Shown piece by piece: positions 62,068 through 64,000 of a DNA stretch of 64,000 nucleotides (position 1 is the first letter of the stretch; each line of letters begins with the position of its first letter). The notes beneath the pieces are model-generated. The model saw only the letters and a program-made list of their open reading frames with translations, was not told the DNA's origin and did no database searches. A program made the translations under genes and the position numbers. Source of the stretch: Torpedo marmorata (Eukaryota). The stretch spans positions 159,216,001 through 159,280,000 of the forward strand of contig OZ360222.1 of the NCBI GenBank assembly GCA_977017645.1, written 5' to 3'.

Positions 62068-63223
62068 TTGCCAAAACAATGACCAATAACATTACTGTTT
62101 TCTTAGGTCTGGTTTTGATTAATCTTCATACTCTGTTCCCCTTGACACCAAGTGCCGATCACAAAGGAGAGACTAGGGAGAAGGAGGCACAAACACAATT
62201 TTAATTATTTGTATGGTTACTTTTTTAATAAAAAAAGAGCTTTTACAAAATTGCAATCAACTGAGAGATGACGTAAAATAGTGAAATTTCCAGCCTGAGC
62301 TAGTGATAAATCACAGTGAAGCTGATATGGCACTGCTGTGCTTTCATATTCAGGGAGATTTTAAGTACACATACTCCATTATCTGCTTACTGCACAATAA
62401 CCAATGTATTTTATTGTGCAGTTTAGAGTCTGACGCTTCAGTATTCTAAAGTCTTTAATGTTCCTTTGATAGCTGAACATTTTTGCCAGATTCTATCCAT
62501 GTAATTCTCCATCAACAAGACATATGTATTTGCTTGTGAGTTATCCGATCAGCTTCGTTTGTGGAGATAATTTATTACCCCTCAGTGCTGGCCCTGATAT
62601 GTCCTCTAGTTATGCTGCTGGCTGATTTATTTCGTTCACGTTTTGAGAATAGCTGCTTTTAACAAGAATTTGATTCAGTTGGTGAAGCTGTCTATTGCTA
62701 TCATTGAACAACATCTTCCTCAGCAGCACATTAATGAGTCAGTCTGGTTCGGGTCTTCTGAGCCCACCTGTAGTCTGTCCCTGGAGTAATTGCCACCATT
62801 AAGTGTCACGATACACTGCGCCTTGGTGGGGGTAGAAGTTTTGAAATGGCTGCAATGAATAGCTATTGTTTAAATATTAACAATGTTTACTGCAGTTCTT
62901 GCAATGCACTGTCAGAAATAATCTGTGGCAATCAAGTGGCTTGTATGATATGGTAAAATTGGTGCATTTATGAAAAATCTGGGTCATCCCACGCAGTGAG
63001 TGCCTCCACCCTGCACATGGTTTACATCATCGGCAGATGGAGGGAGACCATAAGCCTCCAGCGTGCCCTTGCCAAACTCTGTTAGCGGTCCAACACAACA
63101 ACCTGTTTATTGAGCGGTTCAAAGCCTGTTGTCAAAAGGGAGAATTTGACGTTGAGCCGCACAAGTTGATGAAGGAGCAGGTGTTGATGGGCCTGGGAAA
63201 ACTGATAATTGTTGAGGAGAATC

Positions 63224-64000
63224 TTGGAACATTACAGTACAGGCCCTTCAGCCCACGATGTTGTACAACCTAAATAAAGCTACTCATCAAACTAAACCTT
63301 CCCCACCTCACTCCCATTACGCTTTAATTTTCTTCCATCCACGTGCCTGTCTGAGTCTATTAAATGTCCCTATTGTACCAGCCTCCACCATCACCCCTGG
63401 CAATACATTCCAGACTCCCACTACTCTCTGTTTTTATTATTTTAAAAAAATGTACCCCTAACGTCTCACCTATACTTTCCTCTCCTTACCTAGTACAGAT
63501 GCAATCTGGTGTTTGCTACTTTCACACCAGGAAAAAGGTGTTGGCTGACCACCCTATCTATGCCTTTTGTAATGTTGTAGTCCTATTAAGTCACCTCACA
63601 TCCTTCATTGCCTCATAAGACATGTTCTCCATTCCAGGCAACATCCTGGTAAATCTCCTCTGCACCCTCTCCATAGCTTCCACATCCTTCCTGTAATGAG
63701 GTGACAAAAACTGAACACAATATTCCAGGTGTGGTCTAACCAGAGATTTTTTGAGCTGCATCATGACCTCACGACTATTGAACTCAATACCCCAACTAAT
63801 GAAGGCCAGCATAACCATACGCCTTCTTAAATACACTATCAACCTACGCAGCAACCTTGAGAGAGCTATGGATTTGGACTCCACACTGTTAAGAATCCTG
63901 CCATTAACCATGTACTCTGCCTTTCAAAATGCATCACTTTGCACTTATCGAGATTGAACTCCATCTGCCACTTTTCTGCCCAACTCTGCATCCTGTCTAT
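63224..64000 (-). mobile_element. CR1 LINE 3' portion running off the window
   Basis: ORF 63591..63911 LVRPHLEYCVQF..RKDVEAMERVQRRFTRMLPG; CR1 tail at 63224-63265. Confidence 0.92.

Overview
Repeat-dense vertebrate DNA, most likely a cartilaginous fish (ray or shark), judged from HE1/V-SINE-type SINEs, Deu-domain-type SINEs, CR1, Rex1/Babar, Penelope-like, L1 and Tx1 LINEs. I found no intact host protein-coding gene. Every recognisable ORF is retroelement RT/endonuclease debris, and the other ORFs come from GC-rich repeats or are chance. G/T skew on + suggests a large intron of a + strand gene. Many non-autonomous DNA transposons are present (Tigger-, Tc2-, Harbinger- and hAT-Charlie-like), some nested. 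Most interesting: (1) a 5S-rRNA-headed SINE sharing its 3' tail with a CpG-rich non-autonomous retroelement, both ending in a Rex1-like terminus; (2) an unexplained 1.1-kb segment (12340-13440) with minus-strand exon/intron-like structure and an inverted paralogous DEPEFQIR motif; (3) a GC-rich GAGCTCCCG array shared by different TIR families; (4) hammerhead-ribozyme-like Penelope termini with a U3 core variant; (5) a micro-inversion that flips exactly one transposon TIR; (6) a candidate 67-nt non-coding exon between inverted MITEs. Family names come from by-eye motif recognition, not database searches.
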